From IMG/VR virus record IMGVR_UViG_2974497520_000001, positions 68,091-132,090 of that record: a DNA stretch of 64,000 nt. The stretch is one strand, 5' to 3'. The notes under the pieces were generated by a model. That model searched no databases and was not told where the DNA came from. It was given only the letters and a program-made list of their open reading frames with translations. Below are positions 7,598 through 18,985 of this stretch, piece after piece. This DNA comes from a virus. The stretch's first letter is position 1. The number at the start of each line of letters is the position of its first letter. Made by a program: the position numbers and the translations under genes.

Positions 7598-9339
7598 TGA
7601 TTAACATGTCTGATAATGTAAGTTGGTTCGTCGGTGTAGTTGAAGACCGAATGGACCCACTCCAACAAGGCCGAGTACGCGTGCGCGTATGGGGTATGCA
7701 TCCATATGAAAAAGTACAAGGCCCTGTAAAAGGCCTTCGTACAGAAGATTTACCATGGATGTCGGTATTAATGCCTACATCTTCTGCCTCTGTTTCAGGT
7801 ATCCAAACCGCTATGACTGGTATGGTCCCCGGTACACAAGTTTATGGTCACTTTCTTGATAAGTGGAAATTAAACGGACTTGTCCTTGGTACATACGGTT
7901 CCGCTTCAAGACAGAAGGCTAATCCTAATGAAGGGTTTAGTGACCCTACAGGCCAATATCCGCTTTATTTAGGTAACGATGCTGCTGCTTTAAACCGAGG
8001 TGGTGAAGTTGGATACGATGCCACTTCTAACGTAATACAAGATGCAAACACTGATGTAGGTATTAATCCTGACGGGTTGGATTTAAGTCAAGTCAAACCA
8101 GACGATAATCCTAATTTCACAATAGAAAACATGCTTCATCGTGATGAAGGGCTTAGACTGAAGGTATATTGGGATACCGAAGGTTATCCTACTATAGGTA
8201 TAGGCCACCTTATCACACCACAACCTATTAGAGATATGAATCGAATAAACAAAATATTATCTAATCAGGTAGGACGAGAAGTTAAAGGTAACCCTGGTGC
8301 AATATCAATGGATGAGGCTTCTAAATTATTCCAAGAAGACCTTAAAAAAGTCCAAAACGATATAGGTCGGCATAGTGTTGTAGGTCCTGTTTACAATAAA
8401 GAAAACCGTTCAAGACAAATGGCTCTTGAAAACATGGCTTTCCAAATGGGATTAGGTGGATTGGCTAAATTCCGTGGAATGCTTAGTGCAATGCTAATAG
8501 GCGATTATAAAAAGGCATTTGAGGAAGCTCGTAATTCAGTATGGTTTAACCAAACTAAAGGTCGCGCATCAAGGGTGTCAATGATTATCCTCACAGGTAA
8601 CATGGAATCATATGGTATTATGGCCCCTAAAGAAAGGTCATTTAATGGCCGTTCGTATAGAATGATTCAAACCTTTGTGGCCCCTACAAATTCAGACCCT
8701 GCCGACCCGTGGACTCCAGAAGACACAAGGATTCTTTTTAAAGAACCTGATTCTAGTTATAAAGGCGAATATCCATATGTCCAAACCATGCAAACTGAAG
8801 GCGGGCATATCCAAGAATTCGATAATACCCCAGGGCAAGAACGATACCGTTTAATCCATCCTACCGGTAGTTATGAAGAAGTTGCTCCTGATGGACGTAA
8901 AACTTCTAAGACGGTAGCCGATGGTTATTATATGACCCAAGGCGATTCAAATACTTATGTTGGTGGTAATAATAAAGTCAACGTTGGTGGCGATGAAACC
9001 TATTATAATATGGCAAACGTGCGTCGTCAGACTGATGGAAACGAAACCATCCATATTCGCGGTAATGAAGAGAAAACTGTAGAAGGTAATGGCACCCTTC
9101 GTGTTAAAGGTAATGTTACTGTTATTGTTGAAGGAAATGCTGATGTTACTGTTAAGGGTGATGCAACTACCTTAGTTGAAGGTAATGAAACTCGTACGAC
9201 CAATGGTAATTTAAATTGGACAGTAAACGGTACCGTTTCTTGGACTTGTGCAGGTGCGTGGTCCGAGACTATGGCTTCAATGAGTTCTATTGCATCTGGT
9301 CAATATACTATTGATGGTTCGAGGATTGACATTGGCTAA
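7597..9339 (+). CDS. 5: gp5 baseplate hub tail lysozyme/needle
   Basis: OB-fold WFVGVVEDRMDP; T4-lysozyme DEGLRLKVYWDTEGYPTIGIGH; C-terminal V-x-G-N beta-helix repeats. Confidence 0.97.
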   Translation: MINMSDNVSWFVGVVEDRMDPLQQGRVRVRVWGMHPYEKVQGPVKGLRTEDLPWMSVLMPTSSASVSGIQTAMTGMVPGTQVYGHFLDKWKLNGLVLGTYGSASRQKANPNEGFSDPTGQYPLYLGNDAAALNRGGEVGYDATSNVIQDANTDVGINPDGLDLSQVKPDDNPNFTIENMLHRDEGLRLKVYWDTEGYPTIGIGHLITPQPIRDMNRINKILSNQVGREVKGNPGAISMDEASKLFQEDLKKVQNDIGRHSVVGPVYNKENRSRQMALENMAFQMGLGGLAKFRGMLSAMLIGDYKKAFEEARNSVWFNQTKGRASRVSMIILTGNMESYGIMAPKERSFNGRSYRMIQTFVAPTNSDPADPWTPEDTRILFKEPDSSYKGEYPYVQTMQTEGGHIQEFDNTPGQERYRLIHPTGSYEEVAPDGRKTSKTVADGYYMTQGDSNTYVGGNNKVNVGGDETYYNMANVRRQTDGNETIHIRGNEEKTVEGNGTLRVKGNVTVIVEGNADVTVKGDATTLVEGNETRTTNGNLNWTVNGTVSWTCAGAWSETMASMSSIASGQYTIDGSRIDIG

Positions 9340-9871
9340 TATTTTACCTATGAGCACAGATTTAGGAGACTCCATGGAAGGAGCCTCAATCGATGTTACG
9401 TTTACTGCTCAATTAGAAACAAACGAAACATTAGTTGAAATAAATATAACAGAATATGAGCCTACAGAAGGCATTATTGTCGATGGAGCTCATTTATATG
9501 GAACCTACGAATCGGTATTTGGATTCTCTGAAGATGCCTTGAAATATCGATTAAACGATGAATTTAAAACAGCCGGTTCATGGAAAGACTTACCAGGCGA
9601 TAGTAACACTCAATTATACCTCTGGAAAGCCCCTAGTAATCTCCAGAAGACGTTTTCTTACACAGTCACATTAATCTATGACTTTCAAGAAGAGTCATCA
9701 GGAGGTGATACAGGGAACTCAGGCGGTAGTAATTCTAGGGCCGGTAGCGAAATAGACCCTCCTCCGGCTCCTGTAAGAAAAACCCTTACTAAGGTTTATA
9801 CCAAGGTTATTGTCGGTAATTGGTCCAAATGGGCAAATCAATTAAGAGAATACGTATATGCGAGGCCATAA
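9332..9871 (+). CDS. 5.1: gp5.1 conserved protein
   Basis: ANILPMSTDLGDSMEG...; probable TTG start at 9332 after GAGGA. Confidence 0.85.
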   Translation: MANILPMSTDLGDSMEGASIDVTFTAQLETNETLVEINITEYEPTEGIIVDGAHLYGTYESVFGFSEDALKYRLNDEFKTAGSWKDLPGDSNTQLYLWKAPSNLQKTFSYTVTLIYDFQEESSGGDTGNSGGSNSRAGSEIDPPPAPVRKTLTKVYTKVIVGNWSKWANQLREYVYARP

Positions 9872-10165
9872 ATGTCAGGCTTAAGTTATAACCAATGCGT
9901 AACAGCAGGTCATGAAGCGTGGCCTCCTACAGTAATAAATGCCACTCAAGGTAAAGTATTTACAGGTGGTATTCCTGTATTAGTTGCAGGAGACCCTATT
10001 ACAGAACACACAGAAATTAAAAAACCATATGAAACCCATGGTGGGGTAACCCAACCTAGAACATCAAAGGTGTATGTTACAGGCAAAAAGGCTGTCCAGA
10101 TGGCAGACCCTATTTCGTGCGGAGATACAGTCGCACAAGCCTCATCTAAAGTATTCATAAAATAG
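9872..10165 (+). CDS. 5.4: gp5.4 PAAR spike tip protein
   Basis: [29 protein letters not shown] repeats. Confidence 0.95.
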   Translation: MSGLSYNQCVTAGHEAWPPTVINATQGKVFTGGIPVLVAGDPITEHTEIKKPYETHGGVTQPRTSKVYVTGKKAVQMADPISCGDTVAQASSKVFIK

Positions 10166-10173
10166 GAATTAAA

Positions 10174-12132
10174 ATGGCTACTCCTACGAATTACCAATTA
10201 ACAAGAACCGTTAACGCTATCCCAAAAGTATTTGTGGGAGCTACGTTTGAAGAGATTAAAAAGAATATTATCGATTGGCTTTCTAGCCAGGACGAATTTA
10301 AGGATTACGATTTCGTTGGTTCGCGAATGAATATCCTGATTGACATGCTAGCTTACAACACCCTGTATATGCAGCAGTTTGCTAATACTGCAGTATATGA
10401 ATCTTTCATCGGTACTGCTAACTTGCGTTCCTCCGTCGTCCAGGCTGCACAGGATAACGGCTATTTGCCAAGTTCTAAATCAGCAGCCAAAACAAGTATC
10501 ATGTTGACCTGTACTCAAGCCCTGAATGAAAAGAATATTCGTATCCCACGTGGTACTAAATTCCTGGCCTATGCTCGTGATACTTCAGCGGACCCATACG
10601 CTTTTGTTACCACGGAAAACGTTATTGCCGTACGTGATGTTAATAACCAATATCTTCCTATCGTATCTTTAGCACAAGGCCGTATTATTCGTACCGAACT
10701 TAAGTATGACCCTAAAACTCCTATTCTTATTCGTGACCCGGATATTGATAGACAGGAAGTTAAACTTTATGTCGATGGCGCAGAATGGACTAACTGGACT
10801 AATAAATCCATGGTTCATGCTGGTAGTACATCAACAATTTACTATATGCGTGAAACCGTAGATGGTAATACTGAATTCTTCTTTGGTGAAGGTGTTGCTG
10901 AAAAATCAGTTGCAGGTGGGGTATTAGAAGCTAATTATATTGGTGGTTTAAAACCTGTTAAAGATGCTACTATTGTTATAGAATATCTTCGTACTGATGG
11001 CGAAGTTGCTAACGGGGCGGTGGACTTTAGTTATGCGGATTCTTTGGCATATATTACGGTTGAAAAAATTACAGAAAACTACGATGAAAATCCGGATTAT
11101 GTAGGTGCTGATGGTGGTGGTGACCCTGAAGATATTGAACGTATTCGCGAATTGGCTGTAGTTAAACGTGAAGCCCAGATGCGTGCTGTAACTGGTACAG
11201 ATTATGATACATTCGTTTCGGAGCGATTTGGGTCTATTGTACAAGCAGTACAAACCTTTACGGACCCAAATAAACCAGGTTACGCCTTTGTTACCATTAA
11301 ACCTAAATCAGGATTGTATTTGACGGCAGTACAACGTGAAGATATCCAAAATTATCTTTCAGAATTTAACTTGGCACCTATTACCCCTTCGGTTATTTCT
11401 CCTGACTACTTGTTCTTGAAGCATAAAATTAAGGTTTCATATGCACTGAACAAATTACAGGAATCCGAACAATGGTTAACGGCTCAAATCCTTTCTCAAA
11501 TAGACCGTTATTATATTAACGAAGTTGAAATATTCAACCATGGATTTGCCAAGTCTAAAATGTTGACTTATATTGATAATGCAGACCACAGTATCCTTGG
11601 CTCTTCGGCTACGGTAACAATGGTTCGCGAGGTATTAAACTTCTTCAAAACACCTGAAGCGGGTATTAAATACTATAATCAATACACCAACCGTTCTGTA
11701 ACTTCTAGTGAATTTGAGTTCGTCCCAACAAACGTATCCGATGTTGTTAAATCTTACAACGTACGTATTGTTGCCACAGATAAAGACGAACGAGGCGATG
11801 GTAAAATGGTTATAGGTCCTTTCCGACCTGGCGATGTAATTGAAAACCAATACATCCAACCTTACACCGGAGATGACTTCGATAAAATGGCAGCGCCTGC
11901 AGACCAATCGGTCTACTATGTTATTGGCGAAATTGATTATTACTCGGACTTTATTTTCTGGGATATCGCCGCAATAGGCCTTACTTCCGACCGTTTTGAA
12001 GTCCAGTCTATTGAACTTTATGCAGGGCCAGACCAAGACAACATCTTTACCAAAGACGGTTCTTTAATCGTATTTGAAGATGACCTTCGTCCTCAGTACA
12101 CAACTATAGAGTTGGAACCAATTACAATATAA
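10174..12132 (+). CDS. 6: gp6 baseplate wedge
   Basis: NYQLTRTVNAIP...GGGDPEDIERIRE. Confidence 0.95.
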   Translation: MATPTNYQLTRTVNAIPKVFVGATFEEIKKNIIDWLSSQDEFKDYDFVGSRMNILIDMLAYNTLYMQQFANTAVYESFIGTANLRSSVVQAAQDNGYLPSSKSAAKTSIMLTCTQALNEKNIRIPRGTKFLAYARDTSADPYAFVTTENVIAVRDVNNQYLPIVSLAQGRIIRTELKYDPKTPILIRDPDIDRQEVKLYVDGAEWTNWTNKSMVHAGSTSTIYYMRETVDGNTEFFFGEGVAEKSVAGGVLEANYIGGLKPVKDATIVIEYLRTDGEVANGAVDFSYADSLAYITVEKITENYDENPDYVGADGGGDPEDIERIRELAVVKREAQMRAVTGTDYDTFVSERFGSIVQAVQTFTDPNKPGYAFVTIKPKSGLYLTAVQREDIQNYLSEFNLAPITPSVISPDYLFLKHKIKVSYALNKLQESEQWLTAQILSQIDRYYINEVEIFNHGFAKSKMLTYIDNADHSILGSSATVTMVREVLNFFKTPEAGIKYYNQYTNRSVTSSEFEFVPTNVSDVVKSYNVRIVATDKDERGDGKMVIGPFRPGDVIENQYIQPYTGDDFDKMAAPADQSVYYVIGEIDYYSDFIFWDIAAIGLTSDRFEVQSIELYAGPDQDNIFTKDGSLIVFEDDLRPQYTTIELEPITI

Positions 12133-12148
12133 ACCTCTTCGGAGGTTT
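12131..12148 (+). terminator. UUCG hairpin between genes 6 and 7
   Basis: AAACCTC-TTCG-GAGGTTT; weak U tail, abuts the gene 7 Shine-Dalgarno. Confidence 0.55.
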
Positions 12149-12159
12149 AAGGAGATTTA

Positions 12160-15100
12160 ATGTCTGTACAAGCGCCTTATGTTACTAGTCTGAGAATTGA
12201 TAAACTCTCGGCTAACCATGTGAGCATTCTTTGGGATGACGTAGGCGCCAACTTCTATTATTTCGTAGAACTGGCCCAAACGAAGGATGCGGGTGTAGAA
12301 ATTCCCGACGATAGATTATTTTGGAGAAATTTAGGTTACACCCCTAATAACGAATGGTTTGAAGAGGCATTCATTTCTCCTAATTCATTTTATAAAATGC
12401 GAGTTGCGGTGGCCGCCCAGGGGTTTGAGCAGTCTGAATGGGTTTACACTGAAGAATTTGAAACTTTCTCTACCAACGCATATACATTTGAGCATATGCG
12501 TGAATTCACTTTGTCTAATAAATTTATTGAAGAAAAATTCACAAAAAATAATCAGAATTATGTGAACTTTAATACCGATGCCATTATGGCTTCCTTAATG
12601 ACGGAAGATTTTAACTTTACGCCGGCGTATTCGCATTTGTCATCTATATCAAATTATGTTTTAAAAGCAGACCGATTCCATGAAATCCAAGGAAGCATCC
12701 AAGCGGTTTGTAAAGACCCTAAACGTTCTATTTTAATGGAACTTGGTGGTGTACTTTACCTTTTAGAAAGATTCCAAAGTACTGCTAAGGTTTCTAATGA
12801 TAAAGGGCAGAACTGGCATTATATCCGTTTGTTTAATGACCGAGTAGGTAACCCTGTTTCGCGTACAGCACATTACCAAACTGAAACTACTACGTATGTT
12901 CTAGGTTATGACCAAATATTTTACGGACGTAAATCAAGTGATATTCGTTGGTCTGCTGATGATGTCCGTTTTAGCTCCCAAGATATAACATTTGCTAAAA
13001 TAGGTAGTGATATCGACCTTCCATTTGAAATCGAGATATTTGGGTCATATGCAAAACTTCCTTTGCCTATTTCCACTATTGCTGAAGCTATATGCGCTTC
13101 TGATGATTTCATTTATGTTGCAGGTAGAGACAGAGTTTATAAAGCAAAAACATCTGAGGCCCCTATAGACACCGACCCTAGTTCTCCGACTTATGGAGAG
13201 AAGATATTTGAAAGCAGATATTCGACTATCACAGGGAACCCTAAAGCTGTTTGTTATAAATTAGATTCTATCCAAGGCCATACATTTGCTTTAATTACAG
13301 GTGAAGTTAAAGAAGAAAAAATGGACCCTACGGTCGAATCCAATGTGGTTGATTCTGAATCCAAAGGTGTTTATTGGTTAGACACTTCAACTGATACATG
13401 GACCCGTGTATTTGGAAACACTGAAGAAGAACGTCGTCGTATAGAGCATGGATATACCAGCATGTCTACTGATGGAGAGGAATTATTTTTCAGTTCAAGC
13501 AACTTTAGATATGAAGTAGAGGTTGATTCTGAGCTTCCTTTGGAATACCCTGAAATTGTCACCTCCGCCGTTAAATATGTTAAAGATGAACAATGGATTC
13601 ACGATAAACATTATTTGATGATGAGTTTTAGGTCTAACTCTAAATCCGATTTCAAAGAATTTAAACCTGGGCGTATGGCTTATTATGCCGAACCATTCTT
13701 TAGTTGGTCTCGACGCGATGGAACCCGTTCATGGATTACCACTGGTGACCATGCGATGGTTGTTTATAACGATGCTTTATACCAGAAAATTATCGACCTG
13801 AACAGTGGTTCTTCACCTGAACGTATTGTTCATGAGATTTGGAATAAAGGTTTTTGTAAAGTCACATCTCCTAATATAGAGTTCAACGGCTTTAAGAAAT
13901 ATTCTTCTGGAATGATGATTCACAAATCTACAGGTGAATTGGTTGGATATTTTGAATTCGACTATCGTGTACGCGATGAAGTCCGTGTTATTTGGAAGCC
14001 TAAAGAAATTATGTTTACGGCTGAATTGCAAAACCAAGAACATGAAATCCCGTGGAAACCTAAAGAGGAAGTTGGTGAGCAAGACCCGGACCTCCAGCCT
14101 TTACTGGTTAAAATGATTCCAGATAGTTATTTGCTTCAAGATAGCAACTTTGAAAAATTCTGTGAATACTATCTCCAATTTATTAGTGATGGCTCAGGTA
14201 CACACTATAATAATTTGTTGAATCTTATTCGTAACCAATACCCACGTGAAGAAGATTCATGGGAATATTTGTGGTCGGAAATCTATAAGCGTAACATCTA
14301 TTTGTCGAAAGAAAAACGCGACGAAGTAGTTCGTTTTTTCCAGGCGCGCCAAACCGATTTTTGGTCTACAAAAGGTACCGAGGCTTCATATAAATTCCTG
14401 TTTAAATTGCTTTACAATGAAGATGTAGAAATTGATATCGAGTCCAAGAACTCTATCGAATATGATATCATCGTAGAATCTGATAATATCAGTGAAGATA
14501 TCGTAGGCCAAACGATTTATACTCCTACAGGTCGTAGTAATGTTACTTATATAGAACGAAATTACAAAGATGGTAAACTGCAATGGCGTTTAACCATTCA
14601 TAATCTTTTAGGTCGTTTTATAGTCGGACAGGAAATTAAATCTGAACGTACTTCGTTCAAGGGTATGATTGTTCAGGGCGTACGTGGTAAAGAGCTTTTG
14701 AGTAACAATATCGACTATATCAACCGTAACCGTTCTTATTATGTGATGACCATTAAGTCTAATCTCCCTACTTCTCGTTATCGCAACGATGTTTTGAGAT
14801 TTGTTCATCCAGTAGGTTTCGGCTTTGTAGGTATAACTTTGCTTTCTATGTTCGTTAACGTAGGTTTAACGCTAAAACATACAGAAACTATTATTAATAT
14901 CCTTAAGAACTACAAATGGGACTCAGGTTTGCCATCTGAATGGTATGATAGAGTTGCTGTAATAGGTTTTGATGGTAATATAGAACGAGACCCTAGAACA
15001 GGACTTCCGGTTTATAACGTTGGACCTAAAGCAGGAGAACCGTTTGATATCCCTGCAGATTATGATGCGGAAAATGATTTCTCTGTATTCCAAGGTCAAT

Positions 15101-15255
15101 TACCACACAAACGTATTAAAAAGCATAGTCCATTGTTTGACCAAAGTGCTGTGACCTTTGCCAATTGGCGTGCACTGGTTGATAAGCGTCTTAAAGACGA
15201 TATTGGAAATCCTAGAGACCCTAAAGTTCCAACTCAGGTAAAAATTAATGATTAA
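12160..15255 (+). CDS. 7: gp7 baseplate wedge initiator
   Basis: 1031 aa; APYVTSLRIDKLSAN; VHPVGFGFVG; synteny. Confidence 0.95.
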   Translation: MSVQAPYVTSLRIDKLSANHVSILWDDVGANFYYFVELAQTKDAGVEIPDDRLFWRNLGYTPNNEWFEEAFISPNSFYKMRVAVAAQGFEQSEWVYTEEFETFSTNAYTFEHMREFTLSNKFIEEKFTKNNQNYVNFNTDAIMASLMTEDFNFTPAYSHLSSISNYVLKADRFHEIQGSIQAVCKDPKRSILMELGGVLYLLERFQSTAKVSNDKGQNWHYIRLFNDRVGNPVSRTAHYQTETTTYVLGYDQIFYGRKSSDIRWSADDVRFSSQDITFAKIGSDIDLPFEIEIFGSYAKLPLPISTIAEAICASDDFIYVAGRDRVYKAKTSEAPIDTDPSSPTYGEKIFESRYSTITGNPKAVCYKLDSIQGHTFALITGEVKEEKMDPTVESNVVDSESKGVYWLDTSTDTWTRVFGNTEEERRRIEHGYTSMSTDGEELFFSSSNFRYEVEVDSELPLEYPEIVTSAVKYVKDEQWIHDKHYLMMSFRSNSKSDFKEFKPGRMAYYAEPFFSWSRRDGTRSWITTGDHAMVVYNDALYQKIIDLNSGSSPERIVHEIWNKGFCKVTSPNIEFNGFKKYSSGMMIHKSTGELVGYFEFDYRVRDEVRVIWKPKEIMFTAELQNQEHEIPWKPKEEVGEQDPDLQPLLVKMIPDSYLLQDSNFEKFCEYYLQFISDGSGTHYNNLLNLIRNQYPREEDSWEYLWSEIYKRNIYLSKEKRDEVVRFFQARQTDFWSTKGTEASYKFLFKLLYNEDVEIDIESKNSIEYDIIVESDNISEDIVGQTIYTPTGRSNVTYIERNYKDGKLQWRLTIHNLLGRFIVGQEIKSERTSFKGMIVQGVRGKELLSNNIDYINRNRSYYVMTIKSNLPTSRYRNDVLRFVHPVGFGFVGITLLSMFVNVGLTLKHTETIINILKNYKWDSGLPSEWYDRVAVIGFDGNIERDPRTGLPVYNVGPKAGEPFDIPADYDAENDFSVFQGQLPHKRIKKHSPLFDQSAVTFANWRALVDKRLKDDIGNPRDPKVPTQVKIND

Positions 15256-16252
15256 TTCTACAGTAGTTTATCGTTCTATTGTTACTTCAAAATTTAGAAC
15301 GGAAAAAATGTACAACTTTTACAGAACAATAGGTGATGGTGAAGACCAGAACACCATGTATGTATCTTTCGGAAGGGCCCGACCATGGGCCGATAACGAA
15401 AACGACCCTGGTTTTGCCCCGCCTTATCCTGTAGATGATTCTGAGGGCGTAGAAGACGTCTGGACAAACATGATGGGTTGTGTTAAGGTTTATAAGAGCA
15501 TGTTGGATTGTGTTGTCCCGCGCAAAGACTGGGGCGATACCTCTTATCCTAATCCGTTTACTTTCCAGATTGGTGAAATTGTAGTGGCGAACAGCCAGCC
15601 GCAAAACCGTACTGATGTCGGTGCCGGGTGGATGGTTTATCGTTGTGTAGATATCCCAGAATCAGGTACATGTTCTATTTTGTCCCTTGATAATAAAACC
15701 GAGTGTATTAAACTTGGTGGTAAATGGACCTCAAATGTACAGTCGGTTAAAGCCCCTGCAGGACAAGGCGATACGGAAGGTATGGTTGATACGGGTGATG
15801 GGTATCTCTGGGAATATTTGTATGAGATTCCACCTGATGTAAGTATTAACCGTTGCACTAATGAATATATTGTAGTACCATGGCCAGAAGAAATTGCCGA
15901 AGACCCTGAACGTTGGGGATACGAGAATAATCTTACTTGGCAGCAAGACGATTATGGATTGATTTATCGTATTAAAGGCAATACCATTCGTTTTAAAGCA
16001 TTCTTAGATTCAGTTTACTTCCCTGAATTTAGTCTTCCTGGTAACAAAGGATTTAGACAGCTTTCGATAATTTCTAATCCATTAGAAGCTAAAGCTCACC
16101 CATCCGATCCGATCATTAAAGCCGAAAAAGAGTACTATGATGTTATAGACCTCTCCCGCCATTCAGGTGAAATGATTTATATGGAAAACCGTCCTCCGGT
16201 TATTCGTTCCATGGACCAAACAGAAGAAATTAACATTATCTTCGAATTCTAA
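15248..16252 (+). CDS. 8: gp8 baseplate wedge
   Basis: YRSIVTSKFRTEKM...GDGYLWEYLYEIP. Confidence 0.95.
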   Translation: MINSTVVYRSIVTSKFRTEKMYNFYRTIGDGEDQNTMYVSFGRARPWADNENDPGFAPPYPVDDSEGVEDVWTNMMGCVKVYKSMLDCVVPRKDWGDTSYPNPFTFQIGEIVVANSQPQNRTDVGAGWMVYRCVDIPESGTCSILSLDNKTECIKLGGKWTSNVQSVKAPAGQGDTEGMVDTGDGYLWEYLYEIPPDVSINRCTNEYIVVPWPEEIAEDPERWGYENNLTWQQDDYGLIYRIKGNTIRFKAFLDSVYFPEFSLPGNKGFRQLSIISNPLEAKAHPSDPIIKAEKEYYDVIDLSRHSGEMIYMENRPPVIRSMDQTEEINIIFEF

Positions 16253-16253
16253 T

Positions 16254-16272
16254 AAGGGCCGCAAGGCCCTTT
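16254..16272 (+). terminator. GNRA hairpin after gene 8
   Basis: AAGGGCC-GCAA-GGCCCTT-T. Confidence 0.6.
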
Positions 16273-16313
16273 CGGGTTTAATAAATACAGTATATCAATA
16301 ATGAGGCATACCT

Positions 16314-17174
16314 ATGATTAAGCAAACTGGTAAAGAACTAATTGACGTCGGTGAAATTGGTAATGCCAGCACCGGCGACATTCTTTATGATGGCGGTGTT
16401 AAACTGAACACTGACTTAAACAACATATATAATACTTTCGGCGACCAACGCAAAACTGCTTTAACTGGTGAATTAACCGGTCAGAAATTACACGCTACAG
16501 GTTATTATCAAAAATTTGGTGATATGGACCAAGCAAGCTCAGTAGATTTAGGCTCTTTGGTGGATATCGATGCTTCTACCGGTTCTATCGTATTAACCAC
16601 TGTAAAAGGTGCAGTCGGTGAAGGAATCGAGATTATCAACTCTAACGGGAGTATTTCTTCCACTAATTATCTTGAAATCCGTATATTGGATACTTTTGCA
16701 AGCCATTCAACTTCGACTTTGCGTATCGTAACACCCTATACACGGGTTCTTTTATGGTGTGTATCGGATACAAACGGCGTTGCAGTATGGGATTATTCAA
16801 TTGAAAGTATGTTTGGTGATAAACGAGTTCCATTAAATAAGACATATAATATATCTTCTGTCGCTCGTGATATTCCGGTGGTTTATTCCGGCCAGTATTC
16901 ATTGGTCAAACTTTTAGTTACGGCAGTGAATGCCAACGAAACCATTTACAAAGCTTCAGAATATCTTGTGTTTATCGACAACCAAGCTAAAAAGATTTAT
17001 TCCACCGAATACGCTGTTATTAAACGTGGTCAAACTTCAGATGATGACGAAATTTATTCCCTAGATTTTAAATTCGATACATCAAACTATATTATCGCGA
17101 CCGCTTCTTCTGTCAATCCTATGAGGCTTGCAATTAAGGTCGTAGAAACCCAAACTATTGGAGTTCCAGTATAA
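16314..17174 (+). CDS. 9: gp9 long tail fibre connector
   Basis: IDVGEIGNASTGDILYDGG; QKLHATGYYQK. Confidence 0.95.
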   Translation: MIKQTGKELIDVGEIGNASTGDILYDGGVKLNTDLNNIYNTFGDQRKTALTGELTGQKLHATGYYQKFGDMDQASSVDLGSLVDIDASTGSIVLTTVKGAVGEGIEIINSNGSISSTNYLEIRILDTFASHSTSTLRIVTPYTRVLLWCVSDTNGVAVWDYSIESMFGDKRVPLNKTYNISSVARDIPVVYSGQYSLVKLLVTAVNANETIYKASEYLVFIDNQAKKIYSTEYAVIKRGQTSDDDEIYSLDFKFDTSNYIIATASSVNPMRLAIKVVETQTIGVPV

Positions 17175-18985
17175 TGAAACAAGACTTAAAAGTAGGTTCC
17201 GCTGTTGATGACGGGTCCGGTGATTACCTGCGTGCAGGTGGTCTTAAAATTAATAACAACTTCAATGAGCTTTATTACCAATTAGGTGATGGCAACAACC
17301 CTCATGCAGCAGGCGCTTGGAAACAGCATTCTACTGCAGATGGTGCTTTGTTGAACGCTGTAATGGGTCATAGCTATACCCTTAATACTCAAGGTGGGCG
17401 TATTAACGTTCAGCTTCCTAAAGGCTCTCCTGAAGAATATAACTTTGTTATCCGTGTACGTGATGTGTATTCCTCATGGCAAGCTAACCCTGTAACCCTA
17501 ATCCCTGCCACGGGTGATACCATTAAGGGTTCAGCTACTCAAGTAGAAATTGCTCGCAACTTCTCGGACCTTGAATTAGTTTATTGTGCCCCAGGACGAT
17601 GGGAATACGTTGAAAATAAGCAAGTAAACCGTATTCCAAATAACGACCTCGCTACTGTAGCAACTAAGCAGTTTATTGCCACTGAAGGCCAAACAGATTT
17701 TCTAGACATTTTCCCAGGGCTTTCTTATAACGTAGCAAGTTTAAGCGTTTCGCAACGTGGTAACAATTTGTTCTACGGTGTTGATGATATTTTTGATGCG
17801 GCTACTGCAGAGTTCGGTTCTCCGGGTGCTCAACCAGGCGAATTGGTTGCCTTGAATGGTAAAGACATCCGTTTAAAATATCCTTGTGAAGCAGGTGATA
17901 CTGTTATTATCAAATCATATAATGACGGGCTTGCTCAATGGCGCAGTTCTTATAACCGCCGTGATATAACAATCCAAAGTTCAGAATTGACTAAAAACGT
18001 TTCTGTTCCTGGTTCTTCTTTCGTGGCTGATTTGAATACTTCGCATGTTATATCGGCCGCAGATTTGAATATTTCTGTTAACAGCCCTATCAACCCAAAT
18101 GCTTGTCAAGTCATGCTTAATAGCACATTACTTCATCAAGCGGGTACAGCAGGACTTCCTTCGTTTTATTGTGAAGGTGCTGATGGTCGTACTGCTACCG
18201 AGTGTTTTAATGCTGGTGGTCAATGGACCCAATCTAAATCAGATTATATTTTTAATTTGACTCCTGAAGACAAGATTGAATCTATTGAATTTGGACGTAA
18301 CTTTGAACACGGCGATATTCTTACAGTAATTTGGTACAATAATGATATCGGTACCACCATGGAAATTGATGAGATTTTGGATTATACCAACAACATCTAT
18401 ATTTCTAAAGGGCCTTCTATCGATATAACAGGTCAAGTTCGTATCACTGATGTAGACAATCCTTTTGCACCTAACGTTGAACCGGTCGCCGCGTCCAATA
18501 TTACAATAGATACAGCAGCAACGTTTTTTGATTTGGTTTATCCAATAGGAACCATCTATGAGAATACGGTGAACCCTAATAACCCTAAAACTTATATGGG
18601 CTTTGGTTCATGGAAGCGTTTATCTGATGTGTTCTTGGTAGGTTGGTCTCCTGACGCTAGTTCTTTGTTTAATGCAAATAACAACGATCTGGATTCTGCC
18701 GGTATTCCACAGTCAACTGCTGGCGGTACTGGTGGCGCTCATGTGGCTAATTTGAAATATGAGAATATCCCTGAACTTAATACCGATGATAAAGTCCTTA
18801 TTGCTGATAACGATGGCCCTATTTTTGTAGGTGGGTGTTTAGTTGACCCTGATTCACAAGGACCGGCTTATACAAAATATCGTGAAGATAAAGCCAGTAT
18901 TAATAAGGCTCAAGGAACCACTCCTATCCCGGTTAATACTCTACCGCCATACTTAACTGTTCATCGCTGGATGAGGATTGCATAA
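17174..18985 (+). CDS. 10: gp10 baseplate wedge/tail pin
   Basis: MKQDLKVGSAVDDGSGDYLRAGG...LPPYLTVHRWMRIA. Confidence 0.95.
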   Translation: MKQDLKVGSAVDDGSGDYLRAGGLKINNNFNELYYQLGDGNNPHAAGAWKQHSTADGALLNAVMGHSYTLNTQGGRINVQLPKGSPEEYNFVIRVRDVYSSWQANPVTLIPATGDTIKGSATQVEIARNFSDLELVYCAPGRWEYVENKQVNRIPNNDLATVATKQFIATEGQTDFLDIFPGLSYNVASLSVSQRGNNLFYGVDDIFDAATAEFGSPGAQPGELVALNGKDIRLKYPCEAGDTVIIKSYNDGLAQWRSSYNRRDITIQSSELTKNVSVPGSSFVADLNTSHVISAADLNISVNSPINPNACQVMLNSTLLHQAGTAGLPSFYCEGADGRTATECFNAGGQWTQSKSDYIFNLTPEDKIESIEFGRNFEHGDILTVIWYNNDIGTTMEIDEILDYTNNIYISKGPSIDITGQVRITDVDNPFAPNVEPVAASNITIDTAATFFDLVYPIGTIYENTVNPNNPKTYMGFGSWKRLSDVFLVGWSPDASSLFNANNNDLDSAGIPQSTAGGTGGAHVANLKYENIPELNTDDKVLIADNDGPIFVGGCLVDPDSQGPAYTKYREDKASINKAQGTTPIPVNTLPPYLTVHRWMRIA